A stretch of DNA of 64,000 nt from the human T2T-CHM13v2.0 reference genome, Homo sapiens. Positions 61,629 through 64,000 of this stretch are shown here, in pieces. The DNA lies in assembly GCF_009914755.1 (NCBI RefSeq), contig NC_060935.1. One strand, written 5' to 3'. Position numbers and translations under genes: made by a program. The notes beneath the pieces are model-generated. The model was not told the origin of the DNA. It saw only the letters and a list, made by a program, of their open reading frames with translations, and did no database searches. Numbering within the stretch: the first letter of the stretch is position 1; the number at the start of each line of letters is the position of its first letter.

Positions 61629-62682
61629 TTACAATTTGTCATGTTTTTGCAGTGGCTGGTACCAATTGTTCCTTTCCATGTTTAGTGCTTCCTTCAGGAG
61701 CTCTTGTAGGGCAGGCCTGGTGGTTATAACATCTCTCAGCATTTGCTTGTCTATAAAGGATTTTATTTCTCCTTCACTTATGAAGCTTAGTTTGGCTGGA
61801 TATGAAATTCTGGGTTGAAAATTCTTTTCTTTAAGAATGTTGAATATTGGCCCCCACTCTCTTCTGGCTTGTAGAGTTTCTGCCGAGAGATCCGCCGTTA
61901 GTCTGATGGGTTTCCCTTTGTGGGTAACCCAACCTTTCTCTCTGGCTGCCCTTAACATTTTTTCCTTCATTTCAACTTTGGTGAATCTGACAATTATGTG
62001 TCTTGGAGTTGCTCTTCTTGAGGAGTATCTTTGTGGCATTCTCTGTATTTCCTGAATTTGAATGTTGGCCTGCCTTGCTAGGTTGGGGAAGTTCTCCTGG
62101 ATAATATCCTGCCTTGCTAGGTTGGGGAAGTTCTCCTGGATAATATCCTGAAGAGTGTTTTCCAACTTGGTTCCATTCTCCCTGTCATTTTCATGTACAC
62201 CAGTCAGATGTAGATTTGGTCTTTTCACATAGTCCCATATTTCTTGGAGGCTTTGTTCGTTTGTTTTTACTCTTTTTTCTCTGAACTTCTCTTCTCACTT
62301 CATTTCATTCATTTGATCTTCAATCACCGATATCCTTTCTTCCAGTTGATCAAATCGGCTACTGAAGCTTGTGCATTTGTCACGTAGTTCTTGTGCCATG
62401 GTTTTCTGCTCCATCATGTCATTTAAGGACTTCTCTACACTGGTTATTCTAGTTAGCCATTCGTCTAATCTTTTTTCAAGGTTTTTAGCTTCTTTGCTTT
62501 GGGTTCGAACTTCCTCCTTTAGCTCGGAGAAGTTTGATTGTCTGAAGCCTTCCTCTCTCAACTTGTCAAAGTCATTCTCCGTCCAGCTTTGTTCCATTGC
62601 TGGCGAGTGGCTGCGTTCCTTTGGATGGGGAGAGGTGCTCTGAGTTTTAGAATTTTCTGCTTTTCTGCTGTTTTTTCCCCAT
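61629..62682 (-). pseudogene. L1 ORF1p, disrupted
   Basis: Starts ATG GGG AAA AAA CAG at 62682. Fragments 62295..62597 (coiled coil) and 61629..62228 (RRM/CTD, REKG, ARREW, YPAKLS) are split by frameshift or stop. Confidence 0.92.
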
Positions 62683-63706
62683 CTTTGTGGTTTTATCTAT
62701 CTTTGGTCTTTGATGATGGTGACGTATAGATGGAGTTTTGGTGTGGATGTCCTTTCTGTTTGTTAGTTTTCCTTCTAACAGTCAGGACCCTCAGCTGCAG
62801 GTCTGTTGGAGTTTGCTGGAGGTCCACTCCAGACCCTGTTTGCCTGGGTATCAGCAGCAGAGGCTGCAGAACAGCGAATACTGCTGAACACCAAATGTTG
62901 CTGCCTGATTGTTCCTCTGGAAGCTTCGTCTCAGAGGAGTACCCAGCCGTGTGAGGTGTCAGTCTGCCCCTACTGGGGAGTGCCTCCCAGTTAGGCTACT
63001 CGGGGGTCAGGGACCCACTTGAGGAGGCAGTCTATCCATTCTTAGATCTCAAACTCCGTGCTGGGAGAACCACTACTCTTTTCAAAGCTGTGAGACAGGG
63101 ACATTTAAGTCTGCAGAGGTTTCTGCTGCCTTTTGTTCGGCTATGCTCTGTCCCCAGAGGTGGAGTCTACAGAGGCAGGCAGGCCTCCTTGAGCTGTGGT
63201 GGACTCCACCCAGTTCGAGCTTCCTGGCCACTTTGTTTACCTACTCAAGCCTCAGCAATGGCAGGCTCCCCCAGCCTCGCTGCCGCCTTGCAGTTCGATC
63301 TCAGACTGCTGTGCTAGCAATGAGCGAGGCTCCATGGGCGTGGGACCCTCCGAGCCAGGCGCGGGATATAATCTCCTGGTGTGCCGTTTGCTAAGACCAT
63401 TGGAAAAGCACAGTATTAGGGTGGGAGTGATCCAGTTTTCCAGGTGCCGTCTGTCACCCCTTCCGTTGGCTAGGAAAGGGAATTCCCTGACCCCTTGTGC
63501 TTCCCAGGTGAGGCGATGCCTCGCCCTACTTCGTCTCACACTCAGTGGGCTGCACCCACTGTCCTGTACCCACTGTCTTGACGAGCCCCAGTGAGATGAA
63601 CCCACTACCTCAGTTGGAAATGCAGAAATCACCCATCTTCTGCGTCACTCACGCTGGGAGCTATAGACTGGAGCTCTTCCTATTCGGCCATCTTGGAACC
63701 ACCCCA
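62683..63706 (-). promoter_or_regulatory. L1 5' UTR internal promoter (sense, -) with an antisense promoter (+)
   Basis: GC/CpG-richer L1PA 5' UTR with the YY1 site at its 5' end. Bidirectional activity is known for L1PA 5' UTRs but is unproven for this copy. Confidence 0.6.
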
Positions 63707-63908
63707 CTTACTGCAATCTTTAACTCCCAGGCTCAAGTCATTCTCCATCCTTGACCCCTCAAGTAGCTGGGACTACAGGCATGCACCACCATGCCTGGAT
63801 AACTTCTTAATTTTTTGTAGAGACAGGGTCGTGCATTGTTGCCCAGGCTGGTCTTGAATTCCTGGGCTCAAGCGATCCTTCTGCCTTGGCCCCCCAAAGC
63901 ACTGGGAT
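63707..63908 (-). mobile_element. Truncated AluJ abutting the L1 5' end
   Basis: cttactgcaatcttt...gtagctgggactacaggcatgcaccacc...cctgggctcaagcgatcc; the tail-proximal ~50 nt are missing. Confidence 0.85.
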
Positions 63909-63909
63909 T

Positions 63910-64000
63910 TCCTTTTTTTTTTTTTTGACCGATACATAATACTTATGGGGTACATGTGCTATTGTTACATGCATCGAATGTGTAATGATCAAGTCAGGGT
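63910..64000 (-). mobile_element. L1MA-type 3' end running off the window
   Basis: PolyT followed by ...ttatggggtacatgtg...aatgtgtaatgatcaagtcagggt. Confidence 0.7.

Overview
This is primate (most likely human) genomic DNA from inside the KCNQ1 (Kv7.1) gene, on the + strand. It holds four coding exons with canonical AG/GT boundaries: 6799-6909, 8585-8680, 10943-11065 and 12086-12227 (canonical exons 7-10). They encode the pore helix and TIGYG filter, S6, helix A and the proximal C-terminus. The window starts in intron 6 and ends about 52 kb into the long intron 10. The first ~17.3 kb is GC-rich and mostly unique. It then switches abruptly to AT-rich sequence made almost entirely of nested retroelements: old L1M fragments, about 14 Alus, MaLR LTRs, Tigger/MER DNA transposons and one full-length, mutated L1PA4/5-like element at ~57.5-63.7 kb. 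These lie mostly on the - strand, where the 3' part of the imprinted antisense lncRNA KCNQ1OT1 is expected from knowledge of the locus. I found no new gene system. The most interesting unexplained signals are: a near-perfect ~68-bp inverted repeat with internal palindromes just downstream of exon 10; a recursive-splice-type AG|GTAAAG start of exon 10; a ~770-bp UG/UUAG tract between exons 7 and 8; a tight -/+/- Alu triplet; and an L1 whose antisense promoter points down KCNQ1 and which has no target-site duplication. Repeat subfamily names come from recalled consensus sequences and need RepeatMasker/Dfam confirmation.
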